Source: Clostridiaceae bacterium
GTDB taxonomy: Bacteria > Bacillota > Clostridia > Acetivibrionales > DUMC01
DNA: 64,000 nucleotides
Reading direction: 5' to 3'
Assembly (NCBI GenBank): GCA_012840075.1
Contig: DUMC01000178.1
Span: forward strand, 9,645 to 73,644
Below, in pieces: positions 50,900-61,124 of this stretch. The notes beneath the pieces were generated by a model. That model did not search any database and was not told the origin of the DNA. It saw only the letters and a list, made by a program, of their open reading frames with translations. The position numbers were made by a program, and so were the translations under genes. Position 1 is the first letter of the stretch. Each line of letters begins with the position of its first letter.

Positions 50900-51343
50900 A
50901 TGGAACAAATAATACTTTCATTTATAACTAGCATTGCACCGGCCGTAGTTTTCAATACCAGCAAACGTAATCTCATTTGGGCCGGTTTTTCGGGTGTGGT
51001 TGGCTGGGTTATATATATTTTTTTATTTGAAAAAACAGGTGATACGATATTGTCTGTTTTTGCAGGTGCTTTAGGGATTGGAATATATAGCGAGACTATG
51101 GCAAGGGTTTTAAAGACTCCTGCCACAGTATATACCTTGCCCGGTATTTTCCCGATTGTTCCCGGAGTTCCGGCATATTATACCATTGAATATATTGTAA
51201 AAAGAAATTTTATTAACGCTGCCGGTACCGGGCTTGAAACAATAGGCAGCGCATGTGCAATAGCTTTTGGTGTAATGCTTGCTTCTGCTGTTTTCAGGCT
51301 TTATAACAGAATAAAAATAAAGAGTGCATATGATAAATATTAA
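50900..51343 (+). CDS. Threonine/serine exporter family protein (ThrE_2, DUF3815-type subunit)
   Basis: 147 aa with four TM helices. It sits immediately after the DUF1212-type partner, as is usual for this pair. Confidence 0.75.
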   Translation: MEQIILSFITSIAPAVVFNTSKRNLIWAGFSGVVGWVIYIFLFEKTGDTILSVFAGALGIGIYSETMARVLKTPATVYTLPGIFPIVPGVPAYYTIEYIVKRNFINAAGTGLETIGSACAIAFGVMLASAVFRLYNRIKIKSAYDKY

Positions 51344-51376
51344 GAAAATGCACCCAAGATTAAATATAAATTTTCT

Positions 51377-52790
51377 TTATAGCAAAGCGATAAGTTCCTC
51401 AATATCGTTTACGGGAGCTTTGCAGGAAAAGTTCTCACAAACATATGCCGTAGTTTTATTAAAGTTTACAGCCTTTTCTGCTGCTACAATATATTCAACC
51501 TCTTTCAATACTCTTCCGCCGATAGCCAATGCAGCTATCATCAGCCCATTCCATGAAGCAAGAATTTTATCATCTTTAAATGGATGTATTCTTTTTTTTC
51601 TATAGTTGTAGAGTTTTTCACGGCATCTCTTTATAAAATCTTTGAGTTCATCATCAAATGCTTCATTATTATCAAATTCTTCAGAAACAAGGTTTGGAAT
51701 GCTTCTGCCTTCAAAATTTCCCCATGGAGTTATATTATATAATTCGCAAAATTTTGTTCCGTCCTCTTCACCTAGAATGCTCTTTACCTCATCTACAGTC
51801 CAAAGATAGAACTTTCCTTCCTCACCTTCGGAATCAGCATCTTCAGCGGAATAAAATCCTCCCCGAGGCGAAGTCATATTTCTTAAAATATAATGGAATA
51901 TATCTCTACAAATATCCGCATATTTTTTGTTTTTTGTAATCTGATATGTTTCCAATAATGCTATTGCAATAAGTGCATTGTCATACAACATTTTTTCAAA
52001 ATGAGGCACCAACCATTTACGATCGGTAGAATAACGTGAAAATCCAAAACCAATATGATCGTATATACCGCCTCTATACATTGAATCAAGGGTTTTTTCT
52101 ACCATCTCAAGTGCAAAGGGCTCTTTTGTTTTATACCAATATCGAAGCAAAAACATTAAATTATGTGGAGTCGGAAATTTCGGCGCGTCTCCAAATCCTC
52201 CGTACTTCATATCAAAAGAATGGGTAAATTGATCAAAAGCATCTTCAATAATTTGATTATAAACGTTAGTATTGTAAATTTCGTCTTCCGGTCGATAAAA
52301 GTCGTTATCAATATCATTATCGGCATCATCAGTTTTATCTATTGCCTTTAATATTTTTTCACTTGCTTTCAGCAAGGCGTTTCTATTCGTATGCCACATT
52401 TCATTTATTTTTTGCAATATGGTAATTAAACCCGGCATTCCCATTCTGTCATTTTTGGGAAAATAAGTGCCGGCATAAAAGGGTTTCCCTTCAGGGGTGA
52501 TAAAAACAGTAAGCGGCCATCCACCGTTTCCCGTAAGAACCTGACATACGGACATATAAATATGATCTATATCCGGGCGTTCTTCACGGTCTACCTTAAT
52601 TGCAACAAAATATTTATTAAGTAAATCGGCAACTTCTTCATCTTCGAAAGATTCTTTATGCATCACATGGCACCAGTGACATGTTCTTTAAATACAGGTC
52701 AGTTATAGCCAATATACAGGAATATAGGCTTATCTTCTACTTGGCTTTCTGATGCCCTGCTGTATAACCATTATTATACCCAATTTTTAC
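51377..52790 (-). pseudogene. Decayed thioredoxin-domain protein of the YyaL/DUF255 (SPATA20-like) family
   Basis: The 429-aa ORF starts inside the thioredoxin domain (HESFEDEEV...DREERPDID). The CHWCHVM codons are present but are preceded two codons upstream by an in-frame TAA. The upstream EDKPIFLYIGYN is in another frame, separated by a 17-nt insertion (52685-52701). Further upstream there is a double TAA and no start codon. The C-terminal part also looks shortened. Confidence 0.7.
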
Positions 52791-52807
52791 AAATCAGAAC
52801 AAAGCTT

Positions 52808-53116
52808 TTATTTTTGTTCTTTAGATTTCTCATCCTGCTCTCTAACATAATCCCAGTATTCAGGAGGTGTTTTTTCTTTTTCAATCACATCTAGTTCTAC
52901 AATTTGAGCAATAGCTTTTATTTTTTCATTTACAAATTGTTGAAAACAGTTAGGAATGTGATTTTTATAGTATCTATGTATTGCTACACATTCTTGACAT
53001 TTTCCATGCCACTCACATTTAACTTTTGGACAAGAACACTTTAAATTTTCAGGGTTTTTCAGAATATCTCTAATATCTTTTACAACTTTATTATAAAAGA
53101 CCTCTTTTGACCACAT
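52808..53116 (-). CDS. Cys-rich DUF6485-like protein
   Basis: CSCPKVKCEWHGKCQECVAIHRYYKNHIPNC matches my memory of the DUF6485 Cys pattern. An AAGGGGTGGA SD precedes the ATG at 53116. Confidence 0.55.
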   Translation of the reverse strand: MWSKEVFYNKVVKDIRDILKNPENLKCSCPKVKCEWHGKCQECVAIHRYYKNHIPNCFQQFVNEKIKAIAQIVELDVIEKEKTPPEYWDYVREQDEKSKEQK

Positions 53117-53587
53117 AATTATCCACCCCTTAATCAATAATGAAACCTATTAGTAATGCTAAAATTTTTTAATATATTACCATAATATTCTAATTAGTCA
53201 ATAGTAATGTTAGTTTTTTTATTATTTTATTAGGTAAGAAAATAAAAAGTCCTCAAACTGGCTATGAAGGCTTTCATATCCTATCAACTTTTCTTTTAAT
53301 CTCCTTACTGTTCTGCTTACTGTAGACTGAGACATGTACAGCTTCATAATACAAATGTGCTTTCCTATCAGTAACATCTACATCATTCTCAAGCATCTGC
53401 TCAATACTTCTAACATTATTGCTATAAAGAGAGAATAACAAAAAATTGATATTATAAAAATAATATTTAATATATTAATATGTTTTACAGTGTAATTATC
53501 AGTATATTGATAGAATACAAATGCTTAAATATAATAATTAATGTTACATAATAATCATATTACAAAATTTTAATAGGAGAAATCATT

Positions 53588-54562
53588 ATGGAATTACCAT
53601 TAGAAATACGCAATGCAATTGAAAATGAACTATATTCACAATCTATAAAAAAGATTGCGGAATTAGCAGAAAAACTCTCAAACAACTATAGGTCAGGGGT
53701 ACATAGTAGAGATTGTAGATTTCTTCAAACACCGGAAGAAATTCTTGCTTATGTGGCATTCCGTTTACCCGGAACATATGCTGCAATATACTCTGCACTT
53801 AGTCAAATAAAAGAGCGTTCTCTGGGTTGGGAACCTAAAACCGTTCTTGATGTCGGTGCAGGTCCCGGTACCGGTATGTGGGCTGCGCTGAATCTATGGC
53901 CCAACATGGAACGTATAACATTGCTAGAAAGAGAAAAATACATGATTGAACTAGGAAAAAAATTTGCCGCATATTCAAACAACATTTCAATTCAGAAAGC
54001 TCAATGGATTAATGTAGATATTACTGATAATTGGAATATCATTCCTCATGATTTGGTAATTGCATCTTACATATTAAACGAGCTACCTCAAGGGTTAATG
54101 GAAAATATTATAAACAAGCTGTGGGAAAATACTGCTGATATTTTGGTTATTATTGAACCAGGTACACCTGCAGGTTTTGAGAGAATAAAACAAGCAAGAG
54201 AGCAGTTAATAAATTTAGGAGCGAAAACCATTGCACCTTGTCCTCATAATTATTTATGTCCAATGGATAAAAATGATTGGTGCCATTTTTCCCAAAGAAT
54301 CTCACGATCAAAATTACATCGTCTAGTAAAATCCGGAGAATTAGCATATGAGGATGAAAAATTTTCCTATGTATGTATGTCACGCATAAAAGAAACAAAA
54401 ATCACTACTGAAGGAATTGTAATAAGGCATCCTCAGATTCGAAAAGGCCACATCTTACTCGAACTCTGTACTATTGATGGTATAAGGAAAATTACAGTAA
54501 CCCGAAAAGATAAAAACTTGTTCAAAAAAGCCCGCAAACTAAAATGGGGATCAATGTTATAA
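53588..54562 (+). CDS. Rsm22-family SAM-dependent methyltransferase
   Basis: SAM motif VLDVGAGPGTG. C-terminal Cys cluster CPHNYLCP...WCHF, typical of bacterial Rsm22-like proteins. Confidence 0.7.
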   Translation: MELPLEIRNAIENELYSQSIKKIAELAEKLSNNYRSGVHSRDCRFLQTPEEILAYVAFRLPGTYAAIYSALSQIKERSLGWEPKTVLDVGAGPGTGMWAALNLWPNMERITLLEREKYMIELGKKFAAYSNNISIQKAQWINVDITDNWNIIPHDLVIASYILNELPQGLMENIINKLWENTADILVIIEPGTPAGFERIKQAREQLINLGAKTIAPCPHNYLCPMDKNDWCHFSQRISRSKLHRLVKSGELAYEDEKFSYVCMSRIKETKITTEGIVIRHPQIRKGHILLELCTIDGIRKITVTRKDKNLFKKARKLKWGSML

Positions 54563-54741
54563 AATTTTTCTGACAATCGCTTAACAATTAGATTGATTTA
54601 ACCGAAATATAAATAAGAATACTAATAAATTATTTAACAATATATTATTTGGGTATATAAGTAGTATACATAAAGTATGCGTAAATATTTTATTTCATCC
54701 CAAATAATAGAATCAAAAATATATAACAGACAGGTGATCTT

Positions 54742-55569
54742 ATGGACTTAGCAGCTTTTATAGGAATAGTTCTTGGAGTAATTGTTGTTATTTACTCAAT
54801 TATATCAGGGGGATTTCCTGAAGTATACATAAGCATACCTTCAATAATTTTAACCGTTGGCGGTGGCATAGCTTCAACACTTGTAAGCTACAGGCTTAAG
54901 GAAATAGGGCAAATATTAAAGGTAACAGCACAAGCCTTTTCCAGAAAAGAAGTAAATTTACAAGATACCATCAGGCTTTTAGTTTCACTTTCTCAAAAAG
55001 CAAGAAGGGAAGGATTGCTTGCCCTTGAATCAGAACAGGAGAATATTGAAGATGATTTTATCAAGCGTTCTCTTCAACTTATAGTAGATGGTGTTGAACC
55101 CGAAATGATAAAAGAATCCTTGGATTTGGAACTTGATAATATGGCTTTGAGACATGAAAGAGGCCAGGAGTTATTTAGAACTATGGCTGCATTATTCCCG
55201 GCATGGGGTATGATAGGAACACTCATAGGATTAATTAATTTGTTGAAATCCATGGATGATCCCAGCAAGATTGGATCGGCAATGGCGCTTGCTCTTATTA
55301 CTACACTTTATGGTGCTATATTGGCCCATTTTATATGTAATCCAATAGCAACTAAACTAGCAATAAAAAGCAGAGAGGAAATTCAACAAAAAGAAATGAT
55401 TATTGAAGGTATTTTATCAATCCAAGCAGGCGAAAACCCCCGTATAATGGAACACAAGCTAAAAACATTTTTATCAGCGGAACAAAGAGCAGAATATGAA
55501 AGAACTACAAATGAAAATTTATACCGCCATACTGAGAGAGGTAGTATGAGTAGGGTAATCACTGAATAG
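54742..55569 (+). CDS. motA: Flagellar motor stator protein MotA (MotA/TolQ/ExbB proton channel family)
   Basis: 275 aa. PAWGMIGTLIGLI and ALITTLYGAILAHFI channel motifs. Followed by motB. Confidence 0.85.
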   Translation: MDLAAFIGIVLGVIVVIYSIISGGFPEVYISIPSIILTVGGGIASTLVSYRLKEIGQILKVTAQAFSRKEVNLQDTIRLLVSLSQKARREGLLALESEQENIEDDFIKRSLQLIVDGVEPEMIKESLDLELDNMALRHERGQELFRTMAALFPAWGMIGTLIGLINLLKSMDDPSKIGSAMALALITTLYGAILAHFICNPIATKLAIKSREEIQQKEMIIEGILSIQAGENPRIMEHKLKTFLSAEQRAEYERTTNENLYRHTERGSMSRVITE

Positions 55570-55580
55570 GAGGGTGGAAT

Positions 55581-56357
55581 ATGGCTAAAAGAAGACGTTC
55601 AGGGAATTCCATCCCACCTGTTGATTGGATTAATACCTATGCGGATATGGTAACTTTACTATTAACTTTCTTTGTTATGTTGTTTGCTATGTCTACAATT
55701 GACAAAATAAAATTCGAAAGAGTTTCGGAATCAATAAGAAATGCTTTTACGTTTCAGCAATCAGGTGGCGGTGGATTGTTAGAAACCAATAGAGGCACTC
55801 AAATAGATAGAATTTATGACGAGTTAAATGCCGTTGATAGTTTAGTTGCACTTATAAACAGTAATTTAGAACAAGGAAATGTTTACGATTATAATCTAGA
55901 TAGTGAATATCATATAGATGATTTAAAAGAAGAAATCAGTCTTACAATACAGGAAATGGATTTGCAGGATGATGTACAAATCATCGATGAAACAAATTTC
56001 ATCATATTAAGGTTTGATTCCGTACTCCTTTTTGACTTGGGAAAAGCTGATATAAGACCTTCTTCCATAGACACCCTTAAAAAAATTGGCTCAATGCTTA
56101 ACAAGCTGAACAATCAAATCATTGTCCAGGGACATACGGATGATTTGCCGATAAATACGGTACAATTTCCTTCTAACTGGGAATTATCAACCAGAAGGGC
56201 TACTAATGTTGTTCGTTTTTTAATAGATGAATGCGGAATCGATCCCAGAAGACTTACTGCTACCGGAAATGCCGAGTTCAAACCTGTAAAGCCTAATGAT
56301 AACAGTGAAAACAGGCAACAAAACAGAAGGATTGATATTGTCATAAGTAAACAGTAA
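55581..56357 (+). CDS. motB: Flagellar motor protein MotB (OmpA-like C-terminal domain)
   Basis: N-terminal WINTYADMVTLLLTFFVMLFAMS plug/TM with the conserved Asp. C-terminal GHTDDLPI...NWELSTRRATNVVRFL. Confidence 0.88.
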   Translation: MAKRRRSGNSIPPVDWINTYADMVTLLLTFFVMLFAMSTIDKIKFERVSESIRNAFTFQQSGGGGLLETNRGTQIDRIYDELNAVDSLVALINSNLEQGNVYDYNLDSEYHIDDLKEEISLTIQEMDLQDDVQIIDETNFIILRFDSVLLFDLGKADIRPSSIDTLKKIGSMLNKLNNQIIVQGHTDDLPINTVQFPSNWELSTRRATNVVRFLIDECGIDPRRLTATGNAEFKPVKPNDNSENRQQNRRIDIVISKQ

Positions 56358-56368
56358 TTAACATAAAG

Positions 56369-56446
56369 AAATATTTGCCAAGAGACTGACGTGAAGGTGT
56401 TTAAGATTTAAGCACCTTCATTTATGTTTCTTGGCAATATTTTTAT
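56369..56446 (+). terminator. Long compound stem-loop terminator after motB
   Basis: The inner stem is tgaaggtg (56392-56399) with caccttca (56413-56420). The outer stem is aaatatttgccaaga (56369-56383) with ttcttggcaatattt (56428-56442) and has one bulge. It is followed by ttttat. Confidence 0.7.
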
Positions 56447-56477
56447 AAAAATAATATTCCCTTTCTTAAACCCCTTA

Positions 56478-56507
56478 TTGACGCCTGTTAACTTTATGAG
56501 TTAAAAT
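56478..56507 (+). promoter_or_regulatory. Candidate SigA-type promoter for the topoisomerase operon
   Basis: TTGACG (56478-56483), a 17- to 18-nt spacer, then TTAAAAT (56501-56507). A second candidate is TTGACA at 56558-56563 with AATAAT at 56581-56586. Confidence 0.3.
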
Positions 56508-56723
56508 CACATTGAGGTTTTTAACCATTCTGTAATCAGTGTATCTTGCTTTTCTGCTTGACAAGAACATAAGTTTACGAAATAATATTATTTGTTGTTG
56601 GTTTCATTATCTACATATGGAATTGCCTCATAAAAATATAAAATTATGCTATAAAAAGCAAATTTTAAAAAAGGAAACCATCTGATTTACTAAAGAAAAG
56701 AACTTTTAAAGGGTGAGAAATTA

Positions 56724-58703
56724 ATGGAAAAAAATAAAAGAAGTACTGAATATGGCAATGAAAGCATTTCATCTTTAAAAGGACCTGACAGGGTAAGACT
56801 TCGCCCCAGCGTAATATTTGGTTCCGATGGACTTGAAGGTTGTCAACAGTCGGTGCTTGAAATTCTTTCAAATTCTATTGATGAAGCCAGAGAAGGTTAT
56901 GGCAATGTTATTGAAGTTACGAGATTTAAGGACAAATCTATAATGGTAAAGGATTATGGCCGCGGAGTACCTGTAGAATACAATCCGAAAGAAGGAAGAT
57001 ATAATTGGGAACTGGTTTACTGTGAGCTCTACGCAGGCGGGAAATATAATACTAATGAAGGCGAAAACTATGAGTTTAGTTTGGGTCTGAATGGTCTTGG
57101 AGCATGCGCAACCCAGTATAGTTCCGAATACATGGATGTTACAGTATATAGAGATGGGTATGAATATAACCTGCACTTTGAAAAGGGATATAATATAGGC
57201 GGATTAATAAAGAGAAAATCCAATTATGAACATACCGGTACAATTCAAAAATGGAAACCTGATAGAGAAGTTTTTACTGATATTGATATACCCCTTAGTT
57301 TTTTTCAAGAAACCTTGAAAAAGCAAGCGGTAATAAATCCCGGAATAAAGTTTATACTCTACGATGAAGAATCAGGTCAAACATTTGAATACTTATATGA
57401 AAACGGTATTGTAGATTATGTAAAGGAAATTGATCAAGGAAAAGGTTTTACAGAGGTTAAGTATTTTGAAACTTTTACAAAAGGAAGGGATAGGGAAGAT
57501 AAGCCGGAATATAAGGTTAAAATACAAATAGCTTTTTGTTTTAACAATGAAATAAATCTTTTGGAGTATTACCACAACTCCAGTTTTTTGGAATACGGCG
57601 GAGCACCTGATAAAGCGGTAAAATCTGCATTTGTTCATGTTATAGATAAAGCCGCCAGAGCAAGAGGAAAATATAATAAGGATGAATCAAAAATAACTTT
57701 TGCAGATATACAAGACAGTTTAATCCTTGTAACAAGCTCCTTTTCAACAATCACAAGTTATGAAAACCAGACAAAAAAGGCAATAACCAATAAATTCATT
57801 CAGGAAGCAATGACGGAGTTCTTAAAGGAACAATTGGAGATTTACTTTATAGAAAATAAAATTGAAAGCGATAGAATAATTGACCAAGTTTTACTAAATA
57901 AAAGAAGCAGGGAATCTGCAGAGAAAACTAGACTAAATATCAGGAAAAAGTTGAATGCAAGTGTTGATATTACTAATAGAGTAAAGAAATTTGTTGATTG
58001 CAGGACAAAGGATGTAAGTAAACGTGAATTATATATAGTTGAAGGAGATTCCGCATTAGGAGCTTGTAAACTGGGAAGAGATGCAGAATTTCAGGCAATC
58101 ATGCCTGTAAGAGGGAAAATACTTAACTGCCTGAAAGCAGGCTATGAAACCATTTTTAAGAGTGAAATTATTGTAGACCTTCTAAAAGTTCTAGGTTGCG
58201 GAGTTGAGATTAAATCAAAGCACAATAAAGAGCTTAATACATTTGACATAGAAAGCTTTAGATGGAGCAAAGTGATTATTTGCACCGATGCCGATGTAGA
58301 CGGTTTTCAGATAAGAACATTAATACTGGCAATGCTTTTCAGACTTGTACCAACATTGATAAGAGAAGGAAAAGTATACATCGCTGAAACTCCTTTATTT
58401 GAAATAAATACAAAAGATAAAACATATTTTGCATATACGGAAAAAGAAAAAAATGAAATAATATCAAAGATAAAAGGCAAGTATACGATACAGCGTTCAA
58501 AAGGCTTGGGTGAAAACCAGCCGGAAATGATGTGGGAAACTACAATGAATCCAAAAACAAGAAGACTAATAAAAGTAGTGCCTGAAGACTTTGAAGAAAC
58601 CCAGAAAATGTTTGACATTCTCCTGGGTGACAATCTGCAAGGAAGAAAAGAATATATCGAAAGATACGGACACTTATACCTCGACATGATAGATGTAAGC
58701 TGA
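56724..58703 (+). CDS. parE: Type IIA topoisomerase subunit B (ParE-like / GyrB paralogue)
   Basis: 659 aa. GHKL ATPase N-terminus (LKGPDRVRLRPSVIFGS, EILSNSIDEA), Toprim YIVEGDSALG and PVRGKILN, then IICTDADVDGFQIRTL. The symbol is tentative. Confidence 0.85.
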   Translation: MEKNKRSTEYGNESISSLKGPDRVRLRPSVIFGSDGLEGCQQSVLEILSNSIDEAREGYGNVIEVTRFKDKSIMVKDYGRGVPVEYNPKEGRYNWELVYCELYAGGKYNTNEGENYEFSLGLNGLGACATQYSSEYMDVTVYRDGYEYNLHFEKGYNIGGLIKRKSNYEHTGTIQKWKPDREVFTDIDIPLSFFQETLKKQAVINPGIKFILYDEESGQTFEYLYENGIVDYVKEIDQGKGFTEVKYFETFTKGRDREDKPEYKVKIQIAFCFNNEINLLEYYHNSSFLEYGGAPDKAVKSAFVHVIDKAARARGKYNKDESKITFADIQDSLILVTSSFSTITSYENQTKKAITNKFIQEAMTEFLKEQLEIYFIENKIESDRIIDQVLLNKRSRESAEKTRLNIRKKLNASVDITNRVKKFVDCRTKDVSKRELYIVEGDSALGACKLGRDAEFQAIMPVRGKILNCLKAGYETIFKSEIIVDLLKVLGCGVEIKSKHNKELNTFDIESFRWSKVIICTDADVDGFQIRTLILAMLFRLVPTLIREGKVYIAETPLFEINTKDKTYFAYTEKEKNEIISKIKGKYTIQRSKGLGENQPEMMWETTMNPKTRRLIKVVPEDFEETQKMFDILLGDNLQGRKEYIERYGHLYLDMIDVS

Positions 58704-58730
58704 TATAAACGTTAATCAACGGAGGTTAAA

Positions 58731-60917
58731 ATGGAGAACGTTAATTTAATTGAGCAAAATATAACGGAAACACTAAAGAAAAATTATATGCCTTATGCAA
58801 TGAGTGTGATAATTTCAAGGGCTATTCCTGAAATTGATGGTTTTAAACCATCACACAGGAAGCTATTATATACAATGTTTACAATGGGTTTACTTACAGG
58901 CAACAGGACTAAGTCTGCAAATGTAGTGGGTCAGACGATGAAACTTAATCCGCATGGTGATGCGGCTATATATGAAACCCTTGTAAGATTAACAAGGGCA
59001 TACGGTGCCCTTTTAACACCTTTCGTGGACTCAAAAGGTAACTTTGGTAAGCAGTATTCCAGGGATATGAAATATGCTGCGCCCCGTTACACCGAAGTGA
59101 AGCTTGACAAAATAAGCCAGGAAATCTTCAGGGATATAGATAAAAATGCAGTGGACTTCGTCGATAATTACGATGGAACGCTTAAAGAACCTGTACTGCT
59201 TCCAACAGCTTTCCCCAATATCATAGTGAATCCAAATCAAGGAATTGCAGTAGGAATGGCAAGCAACATTTGTAGTTTCAATCTTAAAGAGGTTTGCGAA
59301 GCAACCATACAATTTATTAATAATGAAAATGTTGACCTGTTAACGTACTTAAAAGCTCCTGACTTTTCTACCGGCGGAAGTTTAATATTTAATGAAAAGG
59401 AAATGAGAGAGATTTACGAGACGGGACGAGGAAGTTTTAAACTACGTGCAAAATATAGATATGATAAAAAGAATAATTGCATAGAAGTTTACGAAATTCC
59501 TTATACTACAACTGTCGAAGCCATAATAGAGTCAATTGTAAATCTGGTAAAATCAGGTAAAATAAAAGATATAACTGATGTAAGAGATGAAACAGACCTG
59601 GAAGGGCTAAAAATTGCAATTGATATTAAAAGAAATACGGACGTTGAAGATTTAATGAATAAGTTGTATAAACTTACACCTTTGGAAGATAGTTTTTCTT
59701 GTAATTTCAATATTTTAATAAACGGAACTCCTGTTGTAATGGGAATAAGGCAAATTTTAAAAGAATGGGTATCTTTCAGAATTAATTGTATAAAGAGAGT
59801 TACCTTATTTGATATAGAAAAAAAGAGTGATAAACTTCATCTTTTACTTGGACTTCAAAAAATACTTCTCGATATTGATAAAGCTATAAGAATCATAAGA
59901 AATACAGAGGATGATTCCCAAGTTATCCCAAATCTTATGGAAGCTTTCGGAATTGACCAGGTTCAGGCAGAATTCGTAGCGGAAATAAAATTGAGAAATC
60001 TTAATAAAAAATACATACTTGAACGCATAAGCGAAATTGAGAATCTGCAAAAAGAAATAGACAATTTGAAAGATATATACAGAAATGAGAATAAAATAAA
60101 GAAAATAATAATAAAGCAGCTAAATGAAATTGCAAAGAAATACGGAGAGCCTCGCAAAACGGATATTATAAGTGATGAGTTTGTTGAAAAAATAACAGAA
60201 GAGCATCTTATTGAAGACTATAATGTAAAACTGTTTCTCACTAACGGTTGCTACATAAAGAAGATCCCATTGGTTTCACTCAGAGCCAATCCGGAACAAA
60301 AGCTGAAAGAGGATGATTTTATTATCCAGGAAATTGATGCAAGAAATAAAGATGAATTATTGCTTTTCTCAGACAAGGCTAACGTTTACAAAATTAGAGT
60401 GCATGATCTTGAAGACCACAAAGCAAGTGTTTTAGGTGAATACCTGCCAAATATTTTAGAACTTGACGAAGATGAGAAAATTATATACATGGTAATAGCC
60501 GGAGAATATGAAGGTTATATGTTGTTTGCATTCGAAAACGGTAAAATTGCAAAAATATTTATGAACAGTTATGCTACAAAAACAAATCGTAAAAAATTAA
60601 TTAACGCTTATTCCAAGCTATCAAACCTGGTAAAAATAATGTACTTGGCAGATGATTTGGACCTGGTAGCATATAGTGATATCGGGAAAGTACTTGTTTT
60701 TAGTACATCATGTATTAACCCGAAATCAGCAAGAGATTCTCAAGGTGTACAAGTGCTTAAAGAGAAAAAGGGTAGCAAGATGGTCGATATAAAAACCCTT
60801 GATCAAGCTAAACTATCGGATGTTGAATACTACAGGACAAAAAATATCCCGGCTGTAGGATATTATTTAAAAAAAGAAGACAAACTAAGTACACAAACCC
60901 GAATTCAAATAGACTAA
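58731..60917 (+). CDS. parC: Type IIA topoisomerase subunit A (ParC-like, short C-terminal domain, no GyrA box)
   Basis: 728 aa. YMPYAMSVIISRAIPEIDGFKPSHRKLLY, active-site AAPRYTEVKL. There is no QRRGGKG-type GyrA box after the coiled coil. The symbol is tentative. Confidence 0.85.
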   Translation: MENVNLIEQNITETLKKNYMPYAMSVIISRAIPEIDGFKPSHRKLLYTMFTMGLLTGNRTKSANVVGQTMKLNPHGDAAIYETLVRLTRAYGALLTPFVDSKGNFGKQYSRDMKYAAPRYTEVKLDKISQEIFRDIDKNAVDFVDNYDGTLKEPVLLPTAFPNIIVNPNQGIAVGMASNICSFNLKEVCEATIQFINNENVDLLTYLKAPDFSTGGSLIFNEKEMREIYETGRGSFKLRAKYRYDKKNNCIEVYEIPYTTTVEAIIESIVNLVKSGKIKDITDVRDETDLEGLKIAIDIKRNTDVEDLMNKLYKLTPLEDSFSCNFNILINGTPVVMGIRQILKEWVSFRINCIKRVTLFDIEKKSDKLHLLLGLQKILLDIDKAIRIIRNTEDDSQVIPNLMEAFGIDQVQAEFVAEIKLRNLNKKYILERISEIENLQKEIDNLKDIYRNENKIKKIIIKQLNEIAKKYGEPRKTDIISDEFVEKITEEHLIEDYNVKLFLTNGCYIKKIPLVSLRANPEQKLKEDDFIIQEIDARNKDELLLFSDKANVYKIRVHDLEDHKASVLGEYLPNILELDEDEKIIYMVIAGEYEGYMLFAFENGKIAKIFMNSYATKTNRKKLINAYSKLSNLVKIMYLADDLDLVAYSDIGKVLVFSTSCINPKSARDSQGVQVLKEKKGSKMVDIKTLDQAKLSDVEYYRTKNIPAVGYYLKKEDKLSTQTRIQID

Positions 60918-60925
60918 ATAAAAAT

Positions 60926-61100
60926 GGGACATTTCTTTCATTACATGAGGACATTCCTCAATTCATGAGGAATTCCCTTAACTCGAGAGAGGAGTGTCCC
61001 CATGCAACGTAATTCAGAGAGGTGTGTCCCCTTACCAATCAAAAAGGGACATTCCTCAACTATAAAGGAATACCTGTAATTCAGAGAGGTGTGTCCCTTA
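60926..61100. repeat. Array of GGGACA-NN-CCTC motifs in both orientations between parC and tldD
   Basis: Plus orientation: gggacatttctt (60926), ggacattcctc (60949), gggacattcctc (61046). Minus orientation: gagaggagtgtcccc (60987-61001), gagaggtgtgtcccc (61017-61031), gagaggtgtgtccc (61084-61097). The 22-nt gtaattcagagaggtgtgtccc is perfectly repeated at 61009-61030 and 61076-61097. Confidence 0.85.
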
Positions 61101-61124
61101 ACCTTAATAGAAAGGAGCGATACC

